A DNA stretch of 64,000 bases from a virus, in IMG/VR virus record IMGVR_UViG_3300035698_016797, positions 117,031 to 181,030 of that record; one strand, given 5' to 3'. The number at the start of each line of letters is the position of its first letter. Positions within the stretch are counted from its first letter, which is position 1. The position numbers and the translations under genes were made by a program. Under the pieces are notes generated by a model, which was not told the DNA's origin, made no database searches, and saw only the letters and a program-made list of their open reading frames with translations. Of this stretch, positions 30,544 to 41,010 are shown one piece after another.

Positions 30544-32658
30544 TTAATCTCCCTGATTTTCTTCTAATTCTGCTGCGATTTCACAGCCTAGGACAGTAGG
30601 AACTACCTCGTTGAGTTCTTGATCTTCCTGTCTAATTGTTGATGCTTTTGCAACTACGTAATAAAGGAATTCTTCTGGGTCATCATCTATATGATACTTT
30701 TCCAAAAGAGATTTTGAAACACTAAGCCAACACTTAGAATATGTCTCATCCTTTTTTCTCTTGGTCATTCTTTTACCTTCACTTCTCGCCACACCTTCTG
30801 CTTGTGCAAATGCAGCTTCAAACATTTCTGATGCCACACCTTTTATCTCTTCGTATTTAGGCAAGTTAGCAACTAGCTTCAATCCGTTTGGAGATCTAGG
30901 TTTACCCTGCCTCTTTGGCCTGCCAGGCTCCTTTTTACCAGGAGGTCTACCGGGAGTACCACTTTTAGGAGTCGAGCTTTCTCTGTCTTCCTTCTTCTCT
31001 GCAACCTGAGGAATCAAAATTTTGAACTTATCCCTAAGACTCTGTTCTGATTTAAGTCTCTTGACTTCTCGTGGGAATTGGTATCCAATTGTTTCCATTG
31101 CAGTCTCGTAAGAAATGATTTGCTTTTCAACCAATTGTGCAACAACTCTCATAAACTCATTTTCGTCTTTCATATTGAGTCTTGCAAATGAACCTTCTGG
31201 CATTTCTTCAATATCTAAAGCTTTGCAGATCTGCTTAACTTCTTTATTAAACCATTCTATGAACGAATCTTGTGCGTCACACAGGATCTCAACCAAACCT
31301 TTTAAGTTCAAAACATTGTTACCAATACTTTCTCCACTGCTACCTGTAAGAATCTTGGCGATACCAAAACATGTTCTAATGTCCTCATTTACAGGTTCGA
31401 ACTTATCGTTGTTGAGGGATTCAAGTTCTGGCTCAACAAATTCCATCTGTAGTGTGTGGTTCCAAAAAATGGTAAGTGTTCTACTGGGCTTGTTGAATTC
31501 TGCTGCAAGTTTAGCTATTTCGGTAGGGTCAAAAACTGGAAACTCATCATTACCAACGGTAACCTTAAGAATCCTATTACGAACACTTCTTACGGTTGCT
31601 CTGTCCATTTGAATAAGTTCGTATTTGTAATCAAGAGCCTCAAAACCGTGTGCCGTAATTGGATCTGCCCACTTTTCATAAGGCTGTTTACTTCTGGTGC
31701 ACATTGACGCCAACTCTTCCGGTAGAAGGATTTCGGTTTTACCATCAAGTATCTGAGAGAGTATCTCTCTTGGAATTGCGTCTATCAATGGTTTTGTTTC
31801 TGCATTTGGTCTTTCTACTAAATTCTTGAAGTCGTCTTGAACCTGAAGATACATCTGTCTTCCCCACGGAAAGGTTGATGGCCCCTTGATGGTTATGCTC
31901 AGAGGATTAAGTACGGTATATGCCCCAGGAATTGAACGCTTACTCCATCTGTACTTGCGTTCTGCATAAACCTTTTCCACCTCTTTCACGGTTTTCTTAT
32001 CTATGTCTCCGGCGGCAAACTTTTTCCTTGCCCCATGTAGAAATCTCCACGCTTCCATATATTCGTTCCGAGCCTTAATGCTTTCAGATGCAAGTCTTCC
32101 AGATTTTACACTGCCGGTTGTTTGTCCAAGTTTTCCATGAAGTTTAGGTCTGTACGGTACAAGGGTTTTGAAAATTGGAACATTACCAGATCTGAAGTAT
32201 TCTAAAAAATACCATCTTTGAAACTCTGTTCCTGCAACATCTTTCCACCAAGCCTTAAAGAAATCCTCAACCTTCTTGTTCTCTGCGTTGATTCTAAACG
32301 TATCGTTTGAAAGAGCTGACAAAAGATCTACAGACTTGCTTACCACTGGATCTTTGTTGTAGTACTTCATAGCCTTCTGTATTCGACTCTTTGGGTCTGT
32401 AGCATACGATGGGTCTCCCCAGTCTGATTCATTTTCCCACACAGGTGAAACGAAATCATTTCTACGAACGATTGCTCCTGTAGCAAGGTTTGGATAAAAC
32501 GTTTCACTACCATCCTTATTGTGCTTGGAATAGAATTCCCCGCCTTCTGTTGGTTCTACGGGAGCATCTGACGTGCCAGCTTGAGCCAAAATCATTTGCT
32601 CAGCTTCTTCCTTATTACCTGCTGCCATTTCTTTTGGTGTGCCAGTTTCCATTGACAA
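30544..32658 (-). CDS. Portal protein (704 aa)
   Basis: Directly after the terminase. YYNKDPVVSKSVD, YFRSGNVPIF and DIRTCFGI are portal-like; basic Pro-rich linker plus a C-terminal extension. Confidence 0.8.
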   Translation of the reverse strand: MSMETGTPKEMAAGNKEEAEQMILAQAGTSDAPVEPTEGGEFYSKHNKDGSETFYPNLATGAIVRRNDFVSPVWENESDWGDPSYATDPKSRIQKAMKYYNKDPVVSKSVDLLSALSNDTFRINAENKKVEDFFKAWWKDVAGTEFQRWYFLEYFRSGNVPIFKTLVPYRPKLHGKLGQTTGSVKSGRLASESIKARNEYMEAWRFLHGARKKFAAGDIDKKTVKEVEKVYAERKYRWSKRSIPGAYTVLNPLSITIKGPSTFPWGRQMYLQVQDDFKNLVERPNAETKPLIDAIPREILSQILDGKTEILLPEELASMCTRSKQPYEKWADPITAHGFEALDYKYELIQMDRATVRSVRNRILKVTVGNDEFPVFDPTEIAKLAAEFNKPSRTLTIFWNHTLQMEFVEPELESLNNDKFEPVNEDIRTCFGIAKILTGSSGESIGNNVLNLKGLVEILCDAQDSFIEWFNKEVKQICKALDIEEMPEGSFARLNMKDENEFMRVVAQLVEKQIISYETAMETIGYQFPREVKRLKSEQSLRDKFKILIPQVAEKKEDRESSTPKSGTPGRPPGKKEPGRPKRQGKPRSPNGLKLVANLPKYEEIKGVASEMFEAAFAQAEGVARSEGKRMTKRKKDETYSKCWLSVSKSLLEKYHIDDDPEEFLYYVVAKASTIRQEDQELNEVVPTVLGCEIAAELEENQGD

Positions 32659-32664
32659 TCTCCT

Positions 32665-34389
32665 TTAGCTCCAAAAACCAGACGCTAATTGTGTCGGTTT
32701 TTCTGTTGCACGAATGTAATCTCTGCCCATTGCGTGTGCGATAAGGGCTGCACTGTATCTGTCTTTTCTTTGATGTTTCATTGGAGTGTCCCAGTGCATT
32801 CTTCCGTGCCCAGTAACGGACACCACGATATTTTGAACTTCTTCAAGTGTTTTAAGTACTTGTTCATCTGCGTCTTCTTTTGCCGGAGTACATGTTTCGC
32901 CGTCACAAGGTGGTGTAGATGCTATTTTAAATGTTCCGTGTTGTAATCCAGAAAGCATGTCGTGATTAGCATCGTGCAACCATTCGTATTTACTAAACTC
33001 TATCAGTTCTAGTATTCTACTCCCTTTCATGCCAACATGTTCATCAAAACCTCTTTGTAAAATTAATTGTTGTCCTTGTGGGCACAAATCTTTGTTTGCC
33101 AAAAGGTCTCTAATTGTTGTTCCACCACCACCACTATCCATTCCTATCTCTGCTATGTTGTATATTTCCATAAGCTTTCTGATTTCACTATGCATCAGTG
33201 GAAAGCTTTTCTTGTGATATGTCAACATTCTTACTAGCTGGACCTCTTTCGCACTTAAGTCAACTTTAACAATTGCTATTGCAAAATTGTCTCCACTACG
33301 AGCAGGGTCTACTCCTGCTATGTATATTGTATCTTCCTCCGCTTTCAAATGACACGAAAAGTTGCGATGTTCCCTCGCTTTGTCTAGTAAAGATCTTGGA
33401 TAAAAACCCTCAGAATCAGGAGGAAAGAAACAGCAGTATTCCATTTTGAACATATAGTCAGACATCTCTCTTCGGGCCTCATCAATACTGCTTTGATTCA
33501 TAAAGCCTTCTGGAGGGTCTTCATAGTTAAACAAAACAAGTGCGCGTTCGTTATCCATCATTATTCTATGTGGGACTTGTCCATGATTTGGACTTGGACC
33601 ACGACACTCAACCGCAACATCTTCTGGTATTGGTTTTCCAGCATCCTTTAGGAGTTGACACTTCTTTTTCTTTTCAAGAAGTATCTCTATAAATTTCGCA
33701 ACACGTTCCCATAGATGATTATATTGAAAGTATGAGGTTGATGCAAAAACAATCTTGTTTTGTGCAGCCTGTTGAATGCTATCAATTTCTCCAGCTTCCA
33801 ACAACTTCCTTTGCTCCTGAAGACGTCTTACATTCTCCATTGGATCTTTTGTAGTAGCCATCATACCGCGAATAACAATATCAAGAATGTCTCTTGGAAT
33901 CTGAGCAACCTCATCGCAAATGATAGTAAAGAAACGTGCTCCACGAATTTTTCCACCATCTCCAAGAGGAAGGGCTTCGATTGAAGATCCCATTCTGTTC
34001 TCAGATCCGCTCAATCTAAGATAGCAACTCTCTGGACCACGAACAGGAGGCTTAATGCACGCCTCTCTAAAGTCTGGTGAGATTTCATATATCTTTTCAA
34101 CCTCTGCAAATACAAACTTACTCTGCCTGTATGTCGGTGCCAAAATACCTACTTTCTCTCCGGGAAAAAGCAGTGCTCTTAGAACTGCAAATAGTGCAAG
34201 CATGAACGTTTTTCCACCACCACGAGTTAGGCAGATTATGGAATAGTTTGATTCCCACATCGCCTTCATTGTTAATCTTTGATGTGGTGCAAGATCAATG
34301 CCTAAAATATCGCTAGAAGCAATGCACGGATTTTCTCTGTAATACTGAATAAGCTCTAGTTTGTTTCTTGCTGTTTCTTTTTCTGCCAT
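32665..34389 (-). CDS. terL: Terminase large subunit (574 aa)
   Basis: Walker A TRGGGKT, Walker B IICDE, nuclease motifs IAGVDPARSGDNFA and KDRYSA. Confidence 0.92.
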   Translation of the reverse strand: MAEKETARNKLELIQYYRENPCIASSDILGIDLAPHQRLTMKAMWESNYSIICLTRGGGKTFMLALFAVLRALLFPGEKVGILAPTYRQSKFVFAEVEKIYEISPDFREACIKPPVRGPESCYLRLSGSENRMGSSIEALPLGDGGKIRGARFFTIICDEVAQIPRDILDIVIRGMMATTKDPMENVRRLQEQRKLLEAGEIDSIQQAAQNKIVFASTSYFQYNHLWERVAKFIEILLEKKKKCQLLKDAGKPIPEDVAVECRGPSPNHGQVPHRIMMDNERALVLFNYEDPPEGFMNQSSIDEARREMSDYMFKMEYCCFFPPDSEGFYPRSLLDKAREHRNFSCHLKAEEDTIYIAGVDPARSGDNFAIAIVKVDLSAKEVQLVRMLTYHKKSFPLMHSEIRKLMEIYNIAEIGMDSGGGGTTIRDLLANKDLCPQGQQLILQRGFDEHVGMKGSRILELIEFSKYEWLHDANHDMLSGLQHGTFKIASTPPCDGETCTPAKEDADEQVLKTLEEVQNIVVSVTGHGRMHWDTPMKHQRKDRYSAALIAHAMGRDYIRATEKPTQLASGFWS

Positions 34390-34390
34390 A

Positions 34391-37147
34391 TTAATACCTA
34401 TATACTGTTAAGTCCGATGGAACACCAGGAGGTGTGTTTACAACAAACTGACCAACCGGACTCCATCCGGCAGAATCCTGATGCCCATCATTCGCCTTTA
34501 TTCTCCAATAGTACTGATTGGAACTCAACACTTGTCCACCAAGCATTGTATAGTAGTAGGTTGGAATGTCCTCAATCGTTTGTACTATTGTCGGATTTCC
34601 CTGTTCGTCAGCGGAAAAATCATACTGAGTACCTACTTCCATAGTATACTCAATTACATCTAAAGTGTCACCATCTAATGATTGTCCCCATTCAAAGTTA
34701 ATGTTTGACAAAGATCCCACCATTGGGTTTGTAATCTGAGAATTCACACCATTGACATCCATTGGCCCAGTAGCATTTACAGGTATATGATTATATCTAA
34801 CTTCAAAATGAGTTGTTGGTCCAAAGTTGCCTATGGTATTTCTGGCCGCAATATGGAAGTAGTATGTTCCTGCTCCTTCATATATCTCAAGATCATATCC
34901 TGTTATAGTTTGGGTTGTTCTTTGGAAAGAGTCAGATGCTTCTGTTCCTGAATTTTGATCTAAAAATATAAAGTATCCGTCGGTTGGATAGTATCCAGGT
35001 GTTGGAGCATTCCATGTAAATTCGATATCGTTTTCCTCTTGCCACGTTGCCTCTGCTACGTTGCAGGATACAACAACCTCTCCTGGAGCATCCTCTATGA
35101 CTGTAATTTTACCGTATAGATTCTTTGCCCAATATCTCGTAACCGTAATTTTTGCAGAGAAATCGTCATTAAACTCATCTATCCATCCATAGCTTTCTGG
35201 AGTATAAACCGCCATTGTTGCCCCAAGATCTTCTATTGCAATGATATATATCATAGCACCAAGGTCTCGGTTTACTTTGTACCCTACATTAATAATACAC
35301 CCAAGCTCTGAATCGCCATATGTATTCAACTCAATCTTTGCTCCAACATCTGAGTATCCAAAAACATCAAATACATTTATGTATGCACGCAAATCTTCAT
35401 ATGGAGAAATAGAAATTCTTGCACCAATATCTGCCCTTGAAAAGATTGTAAGCTTTGCGCTTATTTCTACATCGTGTGGTTTTGAAACTGTTATTGTTCC
35501 GCCAAGTTCTGAGACTAATTCTTTGTATACATTTAGAGATGCCCACAGATCAGAGTATGGTTTTATTGTAACCTTACCGCCAAAGTTTGATAGAGAAGGC
35601 TTTACAACGCTCATTTTTGCAGAGAAGTCTACACTGATTGGAGTAACTTCCATTTCATTCCAAGACGACCATCCTCCATACTGTTTGGAATCCCAGGCTC
35701 TCACTCTCCATGCAAATGTGCCGGACAGTAAGTCTGAATCAATCTTATAACTTGTTGTCAGTCCAAGGTCTGCTCCAGGTATATCGTAAAAGTTCACCTC
35801 AGAAGAGTATACATTTGGACTTAGTCCAGACGGAACAACTTGTAGGTGATACAATAATACATCAAGTTGATCTTCGTCTTCCGCATTTCCCCATGTAAAT
35901 GTTGGACGACTTGTATATGCTAATCCAGATGGATTTGGTAGCGTCTCGATATAGAACGGAGTGGTAGGGTCTGACGGTAGCGTGTTTATCTTTACGTTGT
36001 ATGTTGAAGTTGAGCCTATCCATCCATATGAGTTCCTGGCCGCAACATGGAAAAACATACTTCCTGCATCGTACCATGTTTTGCCAATATAGTGAAATTG
36101 AGAATATTGATCAGATTGTGAAAGTGTATAGTCCTCGGTGTCATTCCATGCAACCATATACCCGTTGCCAGTTGCCAAATATCCCCAATCAGAAGGCTCA
36201 TCCCATGTGAAGATAAACTCTTCTTCTTGTTGCCATGTGCCGGATGGCACTATTGAAGTTCCAGACGGAGGTAAACAATATCCACTAGGATCTAACCATC
36301 CACTTGGCATTGGAGGATATCCACTTGGCATTGGATAGGCAATTAGATCATAAACACCACTTGGTCTATTTGCTATAGGAGAAATGGAACTGCCAAGATT
36401 GCTAACGTCTTTACCATTAACTGTGATTAAGCCAGACAGTTGCTGATGGTCTACTGTAACCGTACATTTACCACCAAGAGATGTGTACGAAGATTTGATA
36501 ACCTTGATTTTTCCACCAAGCAACTGGTCTGTGACATCAACGGTAATTTTTGCATCAAGAGGGCTTGATCCTGATATAGTAATCTTGGCACCAAGGTATT
36601 GGCCTCCAAGCGTAACTGTTATAGATGCTTCAAATTCCTTTATTCCCCTAAGGACATTTATTTGTGCACCAAGATCCTCGTTCGTTGGAATAGAAAGCTT
36701 TGCTCCGAGATTTTTAGTCTCGGTTTGCATAACGGTAATTTTTGCATCAAAATCATCTTTTGGATAGACAAAAATCTTACCTTTTATACCACGATAAACA
36801 GTACACCTTGCAAGAAGATTTTTCTTTGGCTTAATAGTAAGCTTTGCTGGCAAATTTTTGTATGGAATAACATAAATGCTTGCCAACATATTCGTATACA
36901 GATATTCAACAATTTTTATGCGTGAATCTAAGTCTGTGTTGCTGAATATAGAAATTTTTGCTGACAGATTTGCTCCACCAGCGCCGGAGATAATAATACG
37001 AGCATCAAGACCTGACTCTGGTTTCTCGACATCAATTCGAGCACCAAGAGTAGAGTGGTAAGAAGGAAGCAGCGTGTCAATACCATCCCATGTGGTATTA
37101 GTCTGATCCCATGTTTGATTTAGTAGATCCCAAGTCTGATTAGCCAT
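34391..37147 (-). CDS. Virion surface protein: two blocks of short beta-repeats, each followed by FN3-like domains (918 aa)
   Basis: L-x-A-K-I-T-V-type repeats about every 12-13 aa; duplicated WQxExx(F/I)xFTW and FHxAARN segments; W...WR(V/I)xAxD FN3-like strands. Confidence 0.6.
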   Translation of the reverse strand: MANQTWDLLNQTWDQTNTTWDGIDTLLPSYHSTLGARIDVEKPESGLDARIIISGAGGANLSAKISIFSNTDLDSRIKIVEYLYTNMLASIYVIPYKNLPAKLTIKPKKNLLARCTVYRGIKGKIFVYPKDDFDAKITVMQTETKNLGAKLSIPTNEDLGAQINVLRGIKEFEASITVTLGGQYLGAKITISGSSPLDAKITVDVTDQLLGGKIKVIKSSYTSLGGKCTVTVDHQQLSGLITVNGKDVSNLGSSISPIANRPSGVYDLIAYPMPSGYPPMPSGWLDPSGYCLPPSGTSIVPSGTWQQEEEFIFTWDEPSDWGYLATGNGYMVAWNDTEDYTLSQSDQYSQFHYIGKTWYDAGSMFFHVAARNSYGWIGSTSTYNVKINTLPSDPTTPFYIETLPNPSGLAYTSRPTFTWGNAEDEDQLDVLLYHLQVVPSGLSPNVYSSEVNFYDIPGADLGLTTSYKIDSDLLSGTFAWRVRAWDSKQYGGWSSWNEMEVTPISVDFSAKMSVVKPSLSNFGGKVTIKPYSDLWASLNVYKELVSELGGTITVSKPHDVEISAKLTIFSRADIGARISISPYEDLRAYINVFDVFGYSDVGAKIELNTYGDSELGCIINVGYKVNRDLGAMIYIIAIEDLGATMAVYTPESYGWIDEFNDDFSAKITVTRYWAKNLYGKITVIEDAPGEVVVSCNVAEATWQEENDIEFTWNAPTPGYYPTDGYFIFLDQNSGTEASDSFQRTTQTITGYDLEIYEGAGTYYFHIAARNTIGNFGPTTHFEVRYNHIPVNATGPMDVNGVNSQITNPMVGSLSNINFEWGQSLDGDTLDVIEYTMEVGTQYDFSADEQGNPTIVQTIEDIPTYYYTMLGGQVLSSNQYYWRIKANDGHQDSAGWSPVGQFVVNTPPGVPSDLTVYRY

Positions 37148-37195
37148 TTTGCCACATCCATTGTATTGGCTCCTTTACCATTGTATTGGTTGAGG

Positions 37196-38311
37196 CTATG
37201 ATCTTTTTGATTCTGCAATCGTGTTAAGCTTCTGTTCTATTTTAGTATGTTCTGCTAGTGATATATCAAAAGTTTCTGCAACTTTTTCAACATCTTTCAT
37301 TCTTTGAATGGTATGTTTTGCAAATTCTTCTGTATATCCTTCCCCAAAAATGTTATACTCTCCCACTCCATTAATTTCCATGTTTGAACCGAAAACTGGA
37401 GAAAAATGCACACTTGAAATGTTAACCTCTTTTGCAAAGTGCAACACTTTTTCAAGATGTGGTAATGTTTTTTTTGTAACCACACAGATAAGTGTTCTTA
37501 TTTTGTGATGTGGATGTGCGTTTGCTATTTGTCTAATATTTTCCACAACATTATCAACCTTTACTCCACGGTTGAATAGATATGATTCTGGGTCAACTGA
37601 ATCTATTGATATGTCAACCATAGAAATTGGACCCTCGTGAACCCACTTGTTATATCTCTCCAACGTTAATCTTTGTCCGTTAGTAGTAAGACAAAAGGGC
37701 TTGCTAGATTCAGAATTTTTGAGTGGCAAAAGCAGCTTTGATAACTCTTCGTCTGTCAGTACCAGACATTCTCCGCCAACTATTCTAAATGCCGAAGCGT
37801 CCTTGGCCCATTTTCCAATGTGAGAATATGCCTCACTAGAATTTGGAGGGTGCATTATCCTATCCTTAGTACTGAATTGAATACAAAACGTACATTTTGC
37901 ATCACAAACGAGAGTGATTATAACTTGAGCGTTCAACGGAGTGCATTCAACGACAACTTCGTTGTTGTCAACAAGGTTCAAAAAATATTCCAATTGTTCA
38001 TCGGGAATACACTTTTTCATTGGACCAAGCCTCTCTTCTGGGGTTTCTGACTTGAGAAGTTCTGGACACGAAGTGCCTTTGCAACATTTGTACATTCCGT
38101 CTTTAAGCATATCTCCTCTCATCTCTTTGAAAAAATCTCCATTCCACCATTCAAAATCTCCAACATACGGTCCCTTCCAATCTTCATACAGGGCACCGCA
38201 GCGTCCCATTTGACAGCAACATGTAGCTCCGTTGTAGCTTGCAATTGCAGAAATCCAAGGCTTCATACAAATATCTTTTCTATCTCTATTTTTCATTATC
38301 TTTTCCCACAT
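37196..38311 (-). CDS. Radical SAM protein with N-terminal SPASM/twitch-like Cys domain (371 aa)
   Basis: CDAKCTFC, GGEC, TNG and ISIDS radical SAM motifs; N-terminal CMKPW...CCC...CCKGTSCP. Confidence 0.8.
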   Translation of the reverse strand: MWEKIMKNRDRKDICMKPWISAIASYNGATCCCQMGRCGALYEDWKGPYVGDFEWWNGDFFKEMRGDMLKDGMYKCCKGTSCPELLKSETPEERLGPMKKCIPDEQLEYFLNLVDNNEVVVECTPLNAQVIITLVCDAKCTFCIQFSTKDRIMHPPNSSEAYSHIGKWAKDASAFRIVGGECLVLTDEELSKLLLPLKNSESSKPFCLTTNGQRLTLERYNKWVHEGPISMVDISIDSVDPESYLFNRGVKVDNVVENIRQIANAHPHHKIRTLICVVTKKTLPHLEKVLHFAKEVNISSVHFSPVFGSNMEINGVGEYNIFGEGYTEEFAKHTIQRMKDVEKVAETFDISLAEHTKIEQKLNTIAESKRS

Positions 38312-40995
38312 AAATGTTCACACCTAACTCCGCCATGCAATAGAATTTTAAGGTTGCTGTCTCTAATGTCTCTACACATATTTGAATCCCAACCGTCAAG
38401 CCTGCCTTCTCTAAGCTTGGCTTTGAATGGCATACACTTTTTCAGTGCAAAGTTTTCCCATACGGTTAAACCTCCTCCAACAAACCCAACTTCAATAATT
38501 TCTTCTTTCAAATCTTCAAAGAGAATAGTTTTGTGCCAATAGTCATACGCAGCTGCTGCTGTAACTGCCTTAGGATTGCCAGCGGAGGGGTATACTGCTG
38601 CACATGCACCTATTCTGCCCCAAGGCTTGAATGGCTTCATTAGATCCCATATAGCACCCTTATATGGTATTACATCATCCTCACACGTAACTATTAAATC
38701 GTCAGTCAAACTCATAATTGCATGATTGTACAATTTGGCAACATGCAGATGTCTTATAAGCTCCATTTCGTGTGTTCCGGGAACAACCGTACATGGTTTA
38801 GATATTCTTGAAATTGTAAGCCTTTCAAACCTGTCTGCAACCTTGTTTTTGCGACACCAATCTGAAATCATATTGTGATACTCTTCTGAGTTTGAGTTGT
38901 CAACTAGCATCAATGAACATTTTGGAGGAATGTTTTCAGTCATTAGCCAATTTGACCATCGTTCGAAAGGTTCCATTCTTCCAGCCAGAAGTGTAACAAT
39001 ACAAAAGGTTTTAGCGTTCCACATTGCAATTCTTTCTTTGTCTCCAATTTTTCCAGAAAGACATCTGCCTTCCTCGTGTCTGCGATATAGATATGCTGGA
39101 CCGTGAAGCTTTTGACCCTTCCATCCAGCCCTGGTAAGTCTTAGAACAAGATTGTAGTCATCAAGAGTTGGGGATTCGTCGTCCCATCCGTCTATTTCTT
39201 CAAGGGCAGATTTTCTAAAAATGGCAAACGTATCAACATAATTTCCCTTTCTCAATTTCCAAAAGTCATACTCTGGAACCTTCCAAAGTTGAGTATGTTT
39301 CATTTGAGAATCACAATATTGTATGTTGGAATATAGAAACGAAACATTTCCTTCAACGTGAAATAGCATACTCTTTACGTGTGCACAATATCCTTCTGGC
39401 ATCAAGTTGTCAGCATCCATGTATAAAATCCATGGTGTTTGAGCCTTCTTTATAGCAAGATTTCTTTGTGGATTAGGCTTTCCCCACTTGCCACCAATTA
39501 CGGTCCAGTCGGCACGCCTACATAGCCAGTCTGGAACTTCGCAATCATCGAGTGTAATTATTTTTTGCTCAAACTCATAATCTTGTGAGTCTACACTATC
39601 AATAGCATCTTCAAGATAACATAAGTATTTTTCATGACATGTCATCATTAGTGTAATTGGGAGATATTTGCTATTTGCAAATTGTTCTGCCGGAGAAAGG
39701 TATTCATCCCTAAGTTTACCAGCTCTTTTGAAACTGAGAGAACGTATCAATCCTTTGACCTGAACCCTAATTTCATCTACCACTCCATCTCCACTCTTCA
39801 GGTTTTTAAGCAGAGCGACAGCAGCCTTTCTATCATATATTACTTCAGCATCATCAGATTCTGATATTGACGATTCAAGATCTTGGATAAGACGATGTTT
39901 CAGAACGTCTTTTAGTTTCAAGTGTGGATGGATGGAAGAACACCATTTAGACAGCTGTATGTTGTCAGATATTGCCGATATGTTTTCACTGTATGACAAG
40001 TGATGTCTTTGAACGGCACATAATAAACCAATAACTCTACCTTGGTCCATTTTGTGATTAATCAACGTGTCTAATGGAATCCTTTGTTCAATTACAGTGT
40101 TAGAATCTGAAAAGATTCCTCTTTTAGTAGAGAGTATTGGAGTTCCAGTATATAGACCGAACATTACTCCATCTGCACCGTTGGTTAAAATTGCAGAGCT
40201 GTTAATAGTTAATTCTGCAAGGTCTGCATCCTCGTATTTCACAAATTGCCATCCCAAAGAATCAAATTGTGCCTTGTATTTTTTGCCGGTTTTATTCCAC
40301 CACAATTCGCTGTTAAAATCTGGAACAACAACGACTGGAACGTTGTTGGAATTAATGTCAATTGCTGTATTTATAAGAGGCTGAATATTATCTTTGGTCA
40401 CAACCATTAATATATGACCATCTGGATCATAAGAGTTGAAACTCAGACCATGCTTTTTCATATCAGAATGTAGGTTTTCAATCTCATCTTTAGATGGTTT
40501 GATTGAATATTCTGAATTTACAACAACGGATGATTCTTCGCGAAATCCACACACATCGACAGAAAACGAAAAACGATTGCCGAGAAATCCGTCTCTAATA
40601 AAAAGAATGTTGCTTCCAAGCTTATTATACTCTTTTGCAGAACGTCCAACATCGTACACAATTAAATTATCTGTGCCTTTTGCGAGCTTTGGTAAAGCTC
40701 TCACGTTGCGTCCAATAACTCCATATTTGGACATGTTAACATTTAACGTATCTAGTGCGTTTTCTATTGTTTCCCATGTTTTGGATTCAAAAATTCCAGA
40801 AGTTAACATAGCAAACGCATACTGTGGTTTGTCTGGAGCTAGTAGATATATTCCTCTGTCTGTTACCATAAAGCGCGAGTCGCTTCTTAGCAGTTCAACT
40901 AGAGAGTCAATATCTTGATTTTCTCCAATACAATTCCTTATACCTTTGTCGTTGAGTTGAAAAACTCTATGATCTACAAAAAAATCCTTTTGCAT
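38296..40995 (-). CDS. Multi-domain glycosyltransferase (899 aa)
   Basis: GT2 domain (MMTCHEKYLCYLEDAIDSV...YMDADN...DYNLVLR); second GT-A-like domain (LVDNS...TCEDDV); N-terminal degenerate capsule-polysaccharide (KpsC/S)-like segment. Confidence 0.7.
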   Translation of the reverse strand: MQKDFFVDHRVFQLNDKGIRNCIGENQDIDSLVELLRSDSRFMVTDRGIYLLAPDKPQYAFAMLTSGIFESKTWETIENALDTLNVNMSKYGVIGRNVRALPKLAKGTDNLIVYDVGRSAKEYNKLGSNILFIRDGFLGNRFSFSVDVCGFREESSVVVNSEYSIKPSKDEIENLHSDMKKHGLSFNSYDPDGHILMVVTKDNIQPLINTAIDINSNNVPVVVVPDFNSELWWNKTGKKYKAQFDSLGWQFVKYEDADLAELTINSSAILTNGADGVMFGLYTGTPILSTKRGIFSDSNTVIEQRIPLDTLINHKMDQGRVIGLLCAVQRHHLSYSENISAISDNIQLSKWCSSIHPHLKLKDVLKHRLIQDLESSISESDDAEVIYDRKAAVALLKNLKSGDGVVDEIRVQVKGLIRSLSFKRAGKLRDEYLSPAEQFANSKYLPITLMMTCHEKYLCYLEDAIDSVDSQDYEFEQKIITLDDCEVPDWLCRRADWTVIGGKWGKPNPQRNLAIKKAQTPWILYMDADNLMPEGYCAHVKSMLFHVEGNVSFLYSNIQYCDSQMKHTQLWKVPEYDFWKLRKGNYVDTFAIFRKSALEEIDGWDDESPTLDDYNLVLRLTRAGWKGQKLHGPAYLYRRHEEGRCLSGKIGDKERIAMWNAKTFCIVTLLAGRMEPFERWSNWLMTENIPPKCSLMLVDNSNSEEYHNMISDWCRKNKVADRFERLTISRISKPCTVVPGTHEMELIRHLHVAKLYNHAIMSLTDDLIVTCEDDVIPYKGAIWDLMKPFKPWGRIGACAAVYPSAGNPKAVTAAAAYDYWHKTILFEDLKEEIIEVGFVGGGLTVWENFALKKCMPFKAKLREGRLDGWDSNMCRDIRDSNLKILLHGGVRCEHLCGKR

Positions 40996-41010
40996 CCTTA
41001 AACCTTTCTT

